64,000 nucleotides of DNA, taken from positions 28,587-92,586 of the forward strand of contig CABXQD010000002.1 in the NCBI GenBank assembly GCA_902514275.1, in the 5' to 3' direction. Each line of letters opens with the position of its first letter. Within the stretch, counting starts at the first letter, position 1. Of the stretch, positions 37,689 to 49,097 are shown in pieces. The position numbers and the translations under genes are program-made. This DNA is from an uncultured marine group I thaumarchaeote (GTDB lineage Archaea > Thermoproteota > Nitrososphaeria > Nitrososphaerales > Nitrosopumilaceae). The notes below the pieces were generated by a model that saw only the letters and a program-made list of their open reading frames with translations, had not been told where the DNA came from and made no database searches.

Positions 37689-38368
37689 GAATCAATGATA
37701 ATCTTTATTGAAACTTTTGAACCATCTTTTAATTTAGCATTTTTACGTAAGCATGTTTTAGAAATTAATTCAATTACAGAGTCATCATGATGAGTACGTT
37801 CAAGGATGATTAATTGACAATTAATAGAATTATTCAGTTTAGCTGGAAAACATTTTACCCATCCATATGTTCTCTTACCATCAGAAAAACTCTTAATTTT
37901 AAGTCCATCTAAAGTTTCAAATTGTTTAATAGATTCTTGATGAATTTTTTTGTCCAATCTTACATTTAAAGTGCCAGGAAATGGAACGTAACCAATTTTA
38001 GATATGAATTGTTTTGTGTATCCTTTTAGTCCCATGTAATATGCACCTTCACCCATTCCAGAAACCAAAGTACCTTTAAGATCAACAGATGATGGAGATG
38101 AATTCAAACTCTTTTGTAAAATAGACGACAGTTTCACCATTTCAGAAAATCCCTTAGCAGTAATTTTTACAGATAAATTTCGTCCACTAATTATTCTGCT
38201 GATGAACTTATTTTGTTCTAATTCAAGTAAATGTTTAGATGCAGCTTGTTGTGATTTGTGTATATTTTTTCCCAAAGACGAAGTGGTGATTGTAACATAA
38301 TTGTATTTAGCTCCTTTAGATAAAAGATATGAGAGAGTTAAGAGGTGCTGAATTTTTAGTTCAGTCAT
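37685..38368 (-). CDS. ribK: CTP-dependent riboflavin kinase with N-terminal wHTH (RbkR type)
   Basis: SQQAASKHLLELE HTH; SGMGEGAYY, PFPGTLNV, ERTHH. Confidence 0.92.
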   Translation of the reverse strand: MTELKIQHLLTLSYLLSKGAKYNYVTITTSSLGKNIHKSQQAASKHLLELEQNKFISRIISGRNLSVKITAKGFSEMVKLSSILQKSLNSSPSSVDLKGTLVSGMGEGAYYMGLKGYTKQFISKIGYVPFPGTLNVRLDKKIHQESIKQFETLDGLKIKSFSDGKRTYGWVKCFPAKLNNSINCQLIILERTHHDDSVIELISKTCLRKNAKLKDGSKVSIKIIIDS

Positions 38369-38376
38369 CTAAAATC

Positions 38377-39519
38377 CTAAGATACGCCTAAATCAGAGAA
38401 GGTCTTTAGAGTCATGCCATCAGAGTTGGATAATTTTGCAACTCTATGTCCAATTACACATTCAATTCCAGCATTTTTTGCACCTTCGAGGAGTCTAGAT
38501 GTAATAATACCATCTAAAAGAAGATATTTTATTCCAGATTGAGATGAGAGTTTACTAACTACCTCACTAATTGGAACTTTAAAAATTTCATTTTGATCAC
38601 CGTCCAATGCAACAGCTTCTAAAGTTTCATTAAGATTAGGGAAAATTTTGGAAGCTACATCTGCAATGGATTTATCATCTTCATTGTTGAGTTTTGGTGC
38701 AGGTTTTCCATTTTTAATTTCATCAGCAATAGGTTGTAAAATTTCGTCTAATCTTTGAGGAGTTAATTCTTCTACTTCAACGCCGGTATCTGCTTGTAAT
38801 TCATAATCAAGGGTAACAACTGATTTTAATTCTTTAAGAATAAATCCACCTGCTCTATCTCCATCAATGAAAGCAACAACAGTATCTTTTTCAGAACATA
38901 ATTCTTTAATTGATTCATCAATTTTTGCACCTTCAATTGCAAGAACATTATCATATCCAGCTCGTAAGAGATTGATTACATCGGCTCTACCTTCAACAAG
39001 AATTATCCATTTTGAATCAAATACACCAGAACTACAAGTTAATTTTGATGGTCCATATGTAGATAATTTTCCAGAATCACCTTGATGAACATCATTTAAC
39101 ATAGTTTCACCTTCACTAACTGTTTTAGTTGCCCATTTTTGTTTGATTTCTTTTGCACGTCTTACAATATCATCTTTCTTTGCAGCACGTACATCGTCAA
39201 TTGCATCCAAAGTAAATTTACAATCAAATGGACCAACTTTATCAATACTCTCAATACCTGCTGCAATTAATGCACATGTATCGATATCAGTACTCATTGG
39301 AATCACAGCATTACCACTAGTAGTATTAGATGTAGATTTGGCAATAACTTCTATACGTCCGACCTTTGATACTCGTTGAAGCTCATTCAGATTCATCTCA
39401 GGGCCCAATAATCCTTCGGTTTGACCGAAGATAGCACCGATTATATCTGCTCTTTCAACGAGTCCATCAACTTCATAGGAAAGTTTAACGTGATATTTGA
39501 CAATTCCTGATTGAGGCAT
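38377..39519 (-). CDS. dnaG: Archaeal DnaG (exosome-associated, TOPRIM)
   Basis: GAIFGQTEGLLG, GRIEV, VEGRADV, DGDRAG. Confidence 0.95.
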   Translation of the reverse strand: MPQSGIVKYHVKLSYEVDGLVERADIIGAIFGQTEGLLGPEMNLNELQRVSKVGRIEVIAKSTSNTTSGNAVIPMSTDIDTCALIAAGIESIDKVGPFDCKFTLDAIDDVRAAKKDDIVRRAKEIKQKWATKTVSEGETMLNDVHQGDSGKLSTYGPSKLTCSSGVFDSKWIILVEGRADVINLLRAGYDNVLAIEGAKIDESIKELCSEKDTVVAFIDGDRAGGFILKELKSVVTLDYELQADTGVEVEELTPQRLDEILQPIADEIKNGKPAPKLNNEDDKSIADVASKIFPNLNETLEAVALDGDQNEIFKVPISEVVSKLSSQSGIKYLLLDGIITSRLLEGAKNAGIECVIGHRVAKLSNSDGMTLKTFSDLGVS

Positions 39520-39646
39520 AAATTCTTCATCTCCTTTATCATTATACCCTCAATTCCAATCTAGGATATATGAGGGTATCGCATGTGTGAGAAATTTTGA
39601 ATAGTAAACACTAAGGAGATTAAAAAATGAAAATAATGATACTAGT

Positions 39647-39997
39647 TTATTCAGTACTAAATGAGTGACCGCATGAACAGGATTTTGTAACATTTGGATT
39701 GTTAATTTTAAATCCAGAGCCCATTAGGCTTTCAATATAGTCAACGTTTGCACCTTGTAAATGATCAACACTGTAGCTATCAACTAAGAGTTTAACTCCA
39801 TTCTCTTCTAGAACTAAATCATCTTCTTCTGGTGCTTTTTCAAAGCCCATTCCATAAGATAATCCAGAACAACCACCACCTTGAACATATACTCGTAAGT
39901 ATTCAGGAGATTCGGCTTCCTCTTTCATGAATTCATGAATTTTCTCAGCTGCTTTTGCAGTTACTGTAACCATTTTTTGTGTTTGTTCAGTTGCCAT
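39647..39997 (-). CDS. erpA: Fe-S carrier ErpA/IscA (HesB family)
   Basis: GGGCSGLSY, NPN...CSCGHSF. Confidence 0.9.
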   Translation of the reverse strand: MATEQTQKMVTVTAKAAEKIHEFMKEEAESPEYLRVYVQGGGCSGLSYGMGFEKAPEEDDLVLEENGVKLLVDSYSVDHLQGANVDYIESLMGSGFKINNPNVTKSCSCGHSFSTE

Positions 39998-40105
39998 TAT
40001 GATCAAAAACCAATTTTAAATTATAATAATCTTTTCCCCGTCAACATACTAGTAATATCATTTAGGCTCAGTAAATAATAAAAATAAAAAAGAGACTGAA
40101 ATAGC

Positions 40106-40903
<798 letters not shown>

Positions 40904-43021
40904 CTATTTGCCGCGTACTTTACCCCATTGAGTTAATGCAGATGCTGCAGCAACCCAAGTTCTTAGGTCTTGATAAACTGGAACATTATGTTTCTCAATT
41001 AATTTAATCATTTTTTCAGTATATGGGCCACCATTTCCACCAGCAAGAATAGGTTTTTTCTTTTTCTTTGATAGAGCAGATAGATATTCAACAATGGTTT
41101 CTTGAAGTGGATCATCCTGGAAAACAAACCACGGCATTGCAATATCCACATTATTTTCAGCTAAAAATTGTTCAATGACAAAATTATAATCATCGGCAGT
41201 TGCGCCACCACCTACATCTGCAGGGTTACCATTATGAATTGGAACTGCAGGTGGGAAATGATCCTTTATATTTTTACGAATTTTTGGAGAGAGTTTTCCA
41301 ATTGTAAGACCTAATCTTTCTAATTGATCAATTCCACCAATCATCGGACCAGCACCATTACTAGTCATTGCAACACGATTACCTTTTGCTGCAGGTTGCC
41401 ATGCTAGTGCCTTTAAGACTCCAACTAATTCTTGATAACTGTCAACTGAAATAATTCCTGCTTGTTTGAATGCACCCATAATCATTGCATTTGAACCACC
41501 AAGAGAACCAGTATGCGATGCAGCTTGTTTTGCACCTGCTGCAGTTCTACCACTTTTCCAAATAACAATAGGTTTCTTTTTCTCTTTCATTACACGTTTT
41601 GCAGTATTGATGAATTTTCTACCATCTCCAAAGCCTTCAACATATAATCCAATAACTTTAGTTTGAGGATCGTTTGCAGCATACCAAATCATATCTGCTT
41701 CATCAACATCAGAACGGTTACCAAAACTAATCATTTTTGATAAACCAAATAAATCAGCACTCTCCAACATACTAATTCCCATAGTTCCACTTTGTGAAAA
41801 GAATGCAACATCACCTAATTTTGAACGTATCATTCTTTCTTGTCCTTGGAATGCACAATCAAGTCTATTTGCTGCATTAAACATTCCAATACAATTAGGA
41901 CCAATTACACGAATTTTGTGCTTTATCGATAATTCTTTAACTTCAGCTTCCATAGCAGCTCTATCTCCACCAAGTTCTTTGCCACCACCTGAAACAATTA
42001 CAACATTGTGAATTCCTTTCTTTGCACATGTCTTCATAATTGGGCCACATGCTGAAAGATCAACACAAACAACAACTAAATCTATTTTGTCCTTGATATC
42101 TTCTAAAGACGGATAACATTTGATTCCAAGAATTTCTTTTTGTTTTGGATTAATTGGATAAACTTTACCTTTGTAATCTTGTTTTCCAAGTGCATCCAAT
42201 ACAGAGTTTCCAATTTTACCAGGAGTGGCTGAAGCACCAACTAGTGCAACAGATTTCGGAGTAAAGAAAGTCTCCATTGAAGTTGTATTTGGTTTTACTT
42301 TTGAAATTGAATTCTTTTTTAATTCATTATTTAAAATAATTTTTGCATCTACTACAAAGTGTGATTTTGGATAAACAACAACAGGGTTAAAGTCAATACT
42401 GTTAATGTAATTTGCATTTTCAACACCTAACTTACCAATTGAGACCAACATTTTTGCAACCATGTTAAGATCAACTGGTTCACTTCCTCTGAATCCTTTG
42501 AGAAGTTTTGAACCTTTGAGTTCATTTATCATAGATTTTGCATCAGATGTAGTTATTGGCAACATTCTAAATGCAACATCTTTGAAAACTTCAGTCATTA
42601 CACCACCCAATCCAGCCATAATCATTGGACCAAATTGAGGATCATTTTGAATACCTACAATTAATTCAACACCTTTTGGAACCATTTTTTCCAAAAGAAT
42701 TCCTTTTACATCAACACCTTTCTTTTTAGATAAACGTCCATACATATCATCAAAAGTTTTTTTGACATCAGCAACATTATCAATTCCAACTTTAACTCCA
42801 CCAACATCAGTTTTATGTAAAATTTGTGGAGATACTACTTTCATTACTAATGGAAAACCAATTTTTTTAGCCTGTTTTACAGCATCTGCAGAAGAAGTTG
42901 CTAAAGCATAAGGAGGTACTTTGACACCATATGTTTTGAGAATAGATTTCGATAATTCCTCAGTGATAACTTTGTGATCGGTTAGAATAGTTTCTTCAAA
43001 AATTTTCTTAACTGCAGTCAT
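40904..43021 (-). CDS. ADP-forming acyl-CoA synthetase; probable 3-hydroxypropionyl-CoA synthetase
   Basis: N-terminal ATP-grasp ([14 protein letters not shown]), CoA-binding VGAS, GPNC, phospho-His SHTGSL; ATG 43021. Confidence 0.85.
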   Translation of the reverse strand: MTAVKKIFEETILTDHKVITEELSKSILKTYGVKVPPYALATSSADAVKQAKKIGFPLVMKVVSPQILHKTDVGGVKVGIDNVADVKKTFDDMYGRLSKKKGVDVKGILLEKMVPKGVELIVGIQNDPQFGPMIMAGLGGVMTEVFKDVAFRMLPITTSDAKSMINELKGSKLLKGFRGSEPVDLNMVAKMLVSIGKLGVENANYINSIDFNPVVVYPKSHFVVDAKIILNNELKKNSISKVKPNTTSMETFFTPKSVALVGASATPGKIGNSVLDALGKQDYKGKVYPINPKQKEILGIKCYPSLEDIKDKIDLVVVCVDLSACGPIMKTCAKKGIHNVVIVSGGGKELGGDRAAMEAEVKELSIKHKIRVIGPNCIGMFNAANRLDCAFQGQERMIRSKLGDVAFFSQSGTMGISMLESADLFGLSKMISFGNRSDVDEADMIWYAANDPQTKVIGLYVEGFGDGRKFINTAKRVMKEKKKPIVIWKSGRTAAGAKQAASHTGSLGGSNAMIMGAFKQAGIISVDSYQELVGVLKALAWQPAAKGNRVAMTSNGAGPMIGGIDQLERLGLTIGKLSPKIRKNIKDHFPPAVPIHNGNPADVGGGATADDYNFVIEQFLAENNVDIAMPWFVFQDDPLQETIVEYLSALSKKKKKPILAGGNGGPYTEKMIKLIEKHNVPVYQDLRTWVAAASALTQWGKVRGK

Positions 43022-43063
43022 CGTTCGATCGATGAAATCAAAACTCAATATATTAAACTTTGG

Positions 43064-43747
43064 TCAAAGCGAAAATAATGATTTAAAATTATTGTAAAAG
43101 ATTCCCATATTGGATTTGACAGTAGAAATATTGTGATCAATATCTGATCGAATTTTTTGCGGATCTATATACGGTATTTGCTGTAATTTTTCTTCAGTTT
43201 TATCTAACCAAAGATTTACCATTTGTTCATTTACTTCCAAATGAAATTGTAAACCAATTGCAGTTTTATATTGAAATGCTTGGTTTTGATAATTCTCAGA
43301 TAATACTAATCTAGTAGCCCCATGAGGTAAATCAAAAGTATCACCATGCCAATGAAATACAGAAAAAGGGTTTTTGAATCCAGAAAATAATTTGGAATTA
43401 TTCGAGACCATAAGATCATGATAAAATCCAATCTCTTTTCTTGGACCTTTGTAGACTTTAGCACCAAAAGTTTTTGCAATTAATTGAGAACCCAAACAAA
43501 TTCCTAAAATAGGCACATGATCATCAACAGAAGTTTTGATTAATTCTTGTTCACGTTTCAAATATGACAGATCATCATTAGCACTTTCAGGTGCACCAAG
43601 TATTACTACTAATGAGAATTTTTTTTCAGGTATTGCTTCATGTTTTGCATGAATTGAAGTAATAGTAAATCCATCATCAGATAATAATTCTCCCAAATAT
43701 CCTGAACCTTCAATTCTAGTATTCTGAATTAATAAAACATCAGACAT
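43064..43747 (-). CDS. Class I glutamine amidotransferase-like protein, stand-alone
   Basis: GICLGSQ, HWHGD, QFHLE. Confidence 0.88.
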   Translation of the reverse strand: MSDVLLIQNTRIEGSGYLGELLSDDGFTITSIHAKHEAIPEKKFSLVVILGAPESANDDLSYLKREQELIKTSVDDHVPILGICLGSQLIAKTFGAKVYKGPRKEIGFYHDLMVSNNSKLFSGFKNPFSVFHWHGDTFDLPHGATRLVLSENYQNQAFQYKTAIGLQFHLEVNEQMVNLWLDKTEEKLQQIPYIDPQKIRSDIDHNISTVKSNMGIFYNNFKSLFSL

Positions 43748-43771
43748 TGTGTAAATTAGAAAATTAAATGA

Positions 43772-45046
43772 CTAAGGCCAAATGCCTTTTTGATTAAATG
43801 CTTCCATAACACGTTCAACTGCTAAAACCATGGTAGCCTTTCGCATATCGACTTTGTGTTTTTTAGATAATGCATATGCATCTTTGAATCCTTGTGTAAT
43901 ATTTTTCTCCATTTTAGATGCAACTTCATCAAAGCTCCAATAATATCCCATATTGTTTTGAACCCATTCTAAATATGAAATACATACACCACCAGAATTA
44001 GCTAAAATATCTGGAACAACAAGGATTTTTTTCTTTTCAATTACAGGATCTGCTTCAGGTAAAGTTGGTCCATTTGCAGCTTCACCAATAATTTTACAAT
44101 TTAGTTTTTTTGCAATTGCTGCAGTAATTTGATTTTCTAAGGCTCCAGGAATTAAGATATCACATTTTGCAGTGAGTAATTCTTCAGTTGAAACTTTTTT
44201 ACTTCCAGTATATCCTACAACAGAACCAGTTTTTGCTTTATGCTCTAAAATTTTACTTACTTTAGCTCCTTTTGGAATTAAAATAGAACCTCTTGAATCA
44301 CTAACACCAACTACTATTGCACCCATTTTTTCTAAATATTCACCAGCAAATGTAGAGGCATTTCCAAATCCTTGTAAAACTACTTTTGCACCTTTTAATT
44401 TAATCTTCAAAGTTTTTGCAGCTTCCCTTACTGTATATGCAGTTCCCAAACCAGTTGCAACATTTCTTGCCAAAGAGCCACCCATAGAAATTGGCTTACC
44501 AGTAATTACACCAGGAGAATATTTGTTTCCGTTTAGTTTACTAAAAGTATCCATAATTTGAGTCATTTCTCTACCAGTTGTATAAACATCAGGAGCAGGA
44601 ATATCTTTTTCTGGTCCAATAATTTCAGAAATTTTGTAAGCAAAACCTCTAGTTAATCTCTCCATTTCACCATCACTAAGTTTTTCAGTTTTTGGATTAA
44701 CATAGATTGCACCCTTGCCACCACCAAGAGGAACATCAACAATTGCACATTTCCAAGTCATCCAAGAAGATAAAGCCATAACTTCACGTTCCATATATTC
44801 AACGCCACCTTCAGGATTGAAATAACGAATACCACCTTTGTATGGACCTCTATCGTTATTGTGTTGACTTCTAAAACCAGTAAATATTCTAATTTTTCCA
44901 TTATCCATTTTAACAGGAATCTTAACTCTCAACATTTTATTTGGCATTGCAAGATATTCACGAATTCCCTTATCCTTGATACCAAGAATATCACAAGCAT
45001 CATTAACTTGTTTAGTTGCATTAGCAAATGGATCGGACTTTACCAT
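43772..45046 (-). CDS. gdhA: Glutamate dehydrogenase
   Basis: GPYKGGIR, WMTWK, GGGKG, DIPAPD, QGFGN, EAANGP, PDILANSGGV. Confidence 0.95.
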   Translation of the reverse strand: MVKSDPFANATKQVNDACDILGIKDKGIREYLAMPNKMLRVKIPVKMDNGKIRIFTGFRSQHNNDRGPYKGGIRYFNPEGGVEYMEREVMALSSWMTWKCAIVDVPLGGGKGAIYVNPKTEKLSDGEMERLTRGFAYKISEIIGPEKDIPAPDVYTTGREMTQIMDTFSKLNGNKYSPGVITGKPISMGGSLARNVATGLGTAYTVREAAKTLKIKLKGAKVVLQGFGNASTFAGEYLEKMGAIVVGVSDSRGSILIPKGAKVSKILEHKAKTGSVVGYTGSKKVSTEELLTAKCDILIPGALENQITAAIAKKLNCKIIGEAANGPTLPEADPVIEKKKILVVPDILANSGGVCISYLEWVQNNMGYYWSFDEVASKMEKNITQGFKDAYALSKKHKVDMRKATMVLAVERVMEAFNQKGIWP

Positions 45047-45182
45047 AATAACGATGATAGTACTATTCAGATTATATAAGTTTGGTTCAAAAATTAAGAT
45101 TAGAGTTTTTGAATTTTAAAAAAATATACAATAACAGAGAGATAATTACCCTTAAATTGACTGAGAATGAACTTGTGATATC

Positions 45183-45905
45183 ATGATGGCATCACGCGGT
45201 TACGATATGACACCTACAATGTATTCTCCAGATGGCAGAATCTATCAAGTAGAATATGCAATAGAGACCGTAAAAAGAGGAACATTAGCAATTGGTATCA
45301 GTACCAAACAAGGGGTCATCATGGCAGTTGAAGAAAAAGCAAGAACTTTACAAACTAAAAACATTACACAGAAAATTTTTCAAGTAGATTACCACATTGG
45401 AGTTGCAGCAGCAGGATACATTCCAGATGCAAGAGTTCAAGTTGATAGTGCAAGAGCATTTTCACAAGGAAATAGAATGACCTATGATGAATCAGTAGAA
45501 ATTGCAACAGTTTCAAAATATTTAGCAGATACAGCTCATCAATTTACCCAATATGGAGGAGTAAGACCAAACGGTGTTTCCATGATCATTGCAGGAGTTG
45601 ATCAAAAAGGAGAAGCAATCTATGTAATAGATCCTAGTGGAACATATGTACAATTTACAGCAGTTGCAATAGGTGCAGGTGCAGATGATGTAAATTCATT
45701 TTTAGAAAAAAATTATAATCCAGATATGAGTTTAGAAGAAGCAGCAGCATTAGCTATTGCATCAATAAATTTGAAAGCAGAAGCAAAAGATGAAATTAAA
45801 AATGTAAAAATGGCTAAAGTTTCATCAGAATCAAAAGTTTTTGAAAAAGTATCAGAGTCAGATTTAGAAAACTATTCTAAGAACGTATCTAAATTTACAA
45901 ACTAA
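45183..45905 (+). CDS. psmA: Proteasome alpha subunit
   Basis: GYD...TMYSPDGRIYQVEYA, RPNGVS, DPSG. Confidence 0.95.
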   Translation: MMASRGYDMTPTMYSPDGRIYQVEYAIETVKRGTLAIGISTKQGVIMAVEEKARTLQTKNITQKIFQVDYHIGVAAAGYIPDARVQVDSARAFSQGNRMTYDESVEIATVSKYLADTAHQFTQYGGVRPNGVSMIIAGVDQKGEAIYVIDPSGTYVQFTAVAIGAGADDVNSFLEKNYNPDMSLEEAAALAIASINLKAEAKDEIKNVKMAKVSSESKVFEKVSESDLENYSKNVSKFTN

Positions 45906-45958
45906 TAGAAGTTTTAGATTTGAAAAATATTCAATTAGATTTAAGGAGAGATTAAACA

Positions 45959-46651
45959 ATGGGTTTAGGAAGTAGTTACTGGAGCGAAGTTATTGAAGTA
46001 CTTCGAGAGATAATTCCAATTTATGATAAAGTAAATTCAATAATATCATTAGGCAAAGATGTCGAGCATAGAAATCGAGGAATTTCAGGAAGAGTACTCA
46101 AAGGAAATAAGATTTTAGATGCTGGTTCTGGTTTTGGAAATATGTCTAAAACAGCACTAAAACTTACAGATGGAGATATTTCAATTACACTTTATGATCC
46201 TCTAGTACCAATGCTCAAAAATACAGGAACACATTTTGAAAAAATTCCAGATATGGCAAATGGTGTTTTTGAACATATTCCATTTAAAGATGAAGAATTT
46301 GATGCAGTGTTATGCGGATATTCACTAAGAGATGCAATTAATTTAAGAATCGCAATTTCTGAAATTCACAGAGTACTAAAAAAAGAAGGAAGAATGGTAA
46401 TTGTCGATTTAGGAAAACCAGATAAAGGATTTATCAGAGCAGGGGTTGCATTTTATCTAAGATGTATTTTACCAATTCTTGCATTTAGTGCAGGGGGACG
46501 ATTAGGATTAAAATTTGGAACGCTGTACGGGACATTCCAGAGATGGCCTCAAAATAAAAAATTAGAAGAATTGTTATTAGAAAAATTTTCACGAGTTGAA
46601 TTTGAGAAAGACCTTATGGGCGGCGCAATAATGGTTGCAGCATACAAATGA
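45959..46651 (+). CDS. Class I SAM methyltransferase, UbiE/MenG-like
   Basis: YDKVNSIISLG, ILDAGSGFG, EIHRVLKKEG. Confidence 0.8.
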   Translation: MGLGSSYWSEVIEVLREIIPIYDKVNSIISLGKDVEHRNRGISGRVLKGNKILDAGSGFGNMSKTALKLTDGDISITLYDPLVPMLKNTGTHFEKIPDMANGVFEHIPFKDEEFDAVLCGYSLRDAINLRIAISEIHRVLKKEGRMVIVDLGKPDKGFIRAGVAFYLRCILPILAFSAGGRLGLKFGTLYGTFQRWPQNKKLEELLLEKFSRVEFEKDLMGGAIMVAAYK

Positions 46652-47802
46652 ACAGAGTTTTAATTTTAGTAAACATTACAGGTTTAATCATAGGTATTTC
46701 ATATGGTTTACACGGACCCATACTCCCAATTTTTGCAAAAAATGTAATTGGTGCAACATATTCAGAATTAGGTTTTATTGGATTAGCAAATTTTGTACCA
46801 TACATGTTCATTCCACTTTTTGTAGGAATACTATTAGATAGAATAAACAACGCATACATTCTAGCAATAGGTGCAGCAATTAATTCAGCATCAATATACC
46901 TTCTATCCATTGCACAATCAGTTCCAGAAATACTAGGATTTAGAATAATTACAGGCGTGGCTCATGCATTTTTCTGGCCACCATGTGAATCAATTATCTC
47001 AAATGAAAGTACAGAAAAAAACAGAGTCAAAAACATCTCTTGGTTTACAATGTTTTTTGTAATGGGTTTTATGATCGGTCCACTACTCGGAACAGCATTT
47101 TTAGAAAACTTAGATGTTACATATAGAATATTATTCCAAATTGCAGCATTCATTTTAGCTGCAGGAATAATTACTGCACTACTTACATCAAGAAAACATA
47201 TCAAAAAACATCACGAAAGATTTTCTTTTTCAGCAATTAAAGATATGAAAAAATTTCCCGAAGTTATTACATTACTAATTTTTTGTACATCATCATTTGG
47301 TATAATTTTAACAATTTTTCCAGCATTTCTCAATGACAAAGGAATGAATGCAACTGATATTTTGTATCTATATTTTGCCTTTGGAATTTCACGAGTAATA
47401 TCACTAGCACTAGCAGGGAAATTTGCAAAAAGGACCAGTCAAACTTTGATTGCAGCTACATTAGCTGTATCAATAGGATTAGGAATATCAGTTATTGCAG
47501 ATTCAATCATCATGTTTGGAATTGCCATAGTGTTAATGGGATTTGGATTTAGTATATTCTTCCCATTAACGTTAGAAATTATTTTGAGTAAAACAAAGAA
47601 AGGAATATCAGGTAAAATTATTGGAGCATACGAAACAATTTTTGGATTAGGATGGGCAATAGGACCAACAATAGGAGGACCAATTACTCAAGCATTTGGA
47701 GATGAAACACCTTACATCATATTTTCAATAATAGGTGTAGGAATTACAATGCTAGCAATAATTTCAAGAAAAAAATTAGAACCATTAAAAATTAGCGAAT
47801 AA
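46648..47802 (+). CDS. MFS transporter
   Basis: GILLDRIN motif A, about 12 TM segments, GWAIGPTIGG. Confidence 0.85.
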   Translation: MNRVLILVNITGLIIGISYGLHGPILPIFAKNVIGATYSELGFIGLANFVPYMFIPLFVGILLDRINNAYILAIGAAINSASIYLLSIAQSVPEILGFRIITGVAHAFFWPPCESIISNESTEKNRVKNISWFTMFFVMGFMIGPLLGTAFLENLDVTYRILFQIAAFILAAGIITALLTSRKHIKKHHERFSFSAIKDMKKFPEVITLLIFCTSSFGIILTIFPAFLNDKGMNATDILYLYFAFGISRVISLALAGKFAKRTSQTLIAATLAVSIGLGISVIADSIIMFGIAIVLMGFGFSIFFPLTLEIILSKTKKGISGKIIGAYETIFGLGWAIGPTIGGPITQAFGDETPYIIFSIIGVGITMLAIISRKKLEPLKISE

Positions 47803-47880
47803 AGAATTTTTCAAATTAATGACTAAATTAGGCACAATATCAAACATTACGTTTAATTTTAAATCAAAAAATATCTGAAC

Positions 47881-48225
47881 ATGCTTGAACATTCATTGAA
47901 TATAGGAGGAAGTGAATGGATGATAATCATATTTGTTGCTGTTGTGTTAGTTTTAGGAACAGGTAAACTTCCAGGGGCAGCTAAAAAAATGGGAAAAGTT
48001 GTGAGTGAATACAACAATGCAAAAAATGAAATTCAACAACAAATGAAAGAAGCAACTGAAGAAATACCAAAAATATCAGGACCAGTAGAAACAGAGAGAG
48101 AAAAATTAGAGATGATAGCAAAATCAGCTGGAATTAAAACAGAAGGGAAAACAGATGAAGAGATTCAAAAAGAAATTTCTTCAAAGATGGGTCAAAGAAC
48201 AACAGACACTACTGAAACAAAATAA
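47881..48225 (+). CDS. tatA: Twin-arginine translocase TatA/E family subunit
   Basis: IGGSEWMII...LG..KLP..AKKMG amphipathic helix. Confidence 0.85.
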   Translation: MLEHSLNIGGSEWMIIIFVAVVLVLGTGKLPGAAKKMGKVVSEYNNAKNEIQQQMKEATEEIPKISGPVETEREKLEMIAKSAGIKTEGKTDEEIQKEISSKMGQRTTDTTETK

Positions 48226-48227
48226 AG

Positions 48228-49004
48228 TTATTTTGATTTTTTAATTCGATATAGATCTTTATCTAATCTCTTTTTAGCAAATTTGTAATAATCAGGAACT
48301 ATTTCAAATCCAAGATAACGGCGATTAAGAGATTTACTTACTACAGCAGTTTGTCCTGAACCTAAAAATGGATCAAATACAATATCTTTTTTTTCACTAG
48401 AATATTCCAATAATTTTTTAATAATTTCTAATGGGAGTTTAGTAGGAGTTTTTTCATCACCTGACCAATATTCTCGTTTAATATCCCACACATCTTCCTT
48501 ATCACGGTAGTGAAGACTTCGACCATCTTCAGATTTATCTTCTTTTTTGAATCTAGAGAAAGGGAAAAATTTTCTTTGTTTATCATTTTTACAAACATAA
48601 AGACAGTGATAATGAGATGTAACAAATTTCTTTTTTGTAACAACACCAAACTGATATTTCCAAATAATGTGATTAATAGTTACAAATCCAACATCATCTA
48701 AGGCACATAAAATATCCTTAAGATTATTCCATCCTGAAAAAACATACATGCTTCCAGAATCCTTTAAAATTCTAAAAACTTCACTCATCCAGGAAAATGT
48801 AAAATCATAGTAATCTTCGGGTTTAATTTCATTATAGCCAGTTAAGACGCTAGAAGCAGTTCGATTGTAATTAGCTTTTTTTGCTTTAAAATTAATAGCA
48901 AATGGAGGATCAGTAATTACGAGATCAATTTTATTTTTAGAAATTAATTTCATTCCATCAATACAATTTTGATTGTAAATTTTGTTAATTTCTATTTTTT
49001 TCAT
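48228..49004 (-). CDS. Solitary amino-DNA methyltransferase (beta-class motif order)
   Basis: Motif IV TDPPF near the N-terminus, PTKLP, motif I DPFLGSGQT near the C-terminus; ATG 49004. Confidence 0.88.
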   Translation of the reverse strand: MKKIEINKIYNQNCIDGMKLISKNKIDLVITDPPFAINFKAKKANYNRTASSVLTGYNEIKPEDYYDFTFSWMSEVFRILKDSGSMYVFSGWNNLKDILCALDDVGFVTINHIIWKYQFGVVTKKKFVTSHYHCLYVCKNDKQRKFFPFSRFKKEDKSEDGRSLHYRDKEDVWDIKREYWSGDEKTPTKLPLEIIKKLLEYSSEKKDIVFDPFLGSGQTAVVSKSLNRRYLGFEIVPDYYKFAKKRLDKDLYRIKKSK

Positions 49005-49097
49005 TTTTAAATTGAAGATTGTTTCTAGGTTAATAATCTCATTGGTTGGTAAATAAATTAAACAATAAATCACCAGATATTTCATATTAAATAGATC

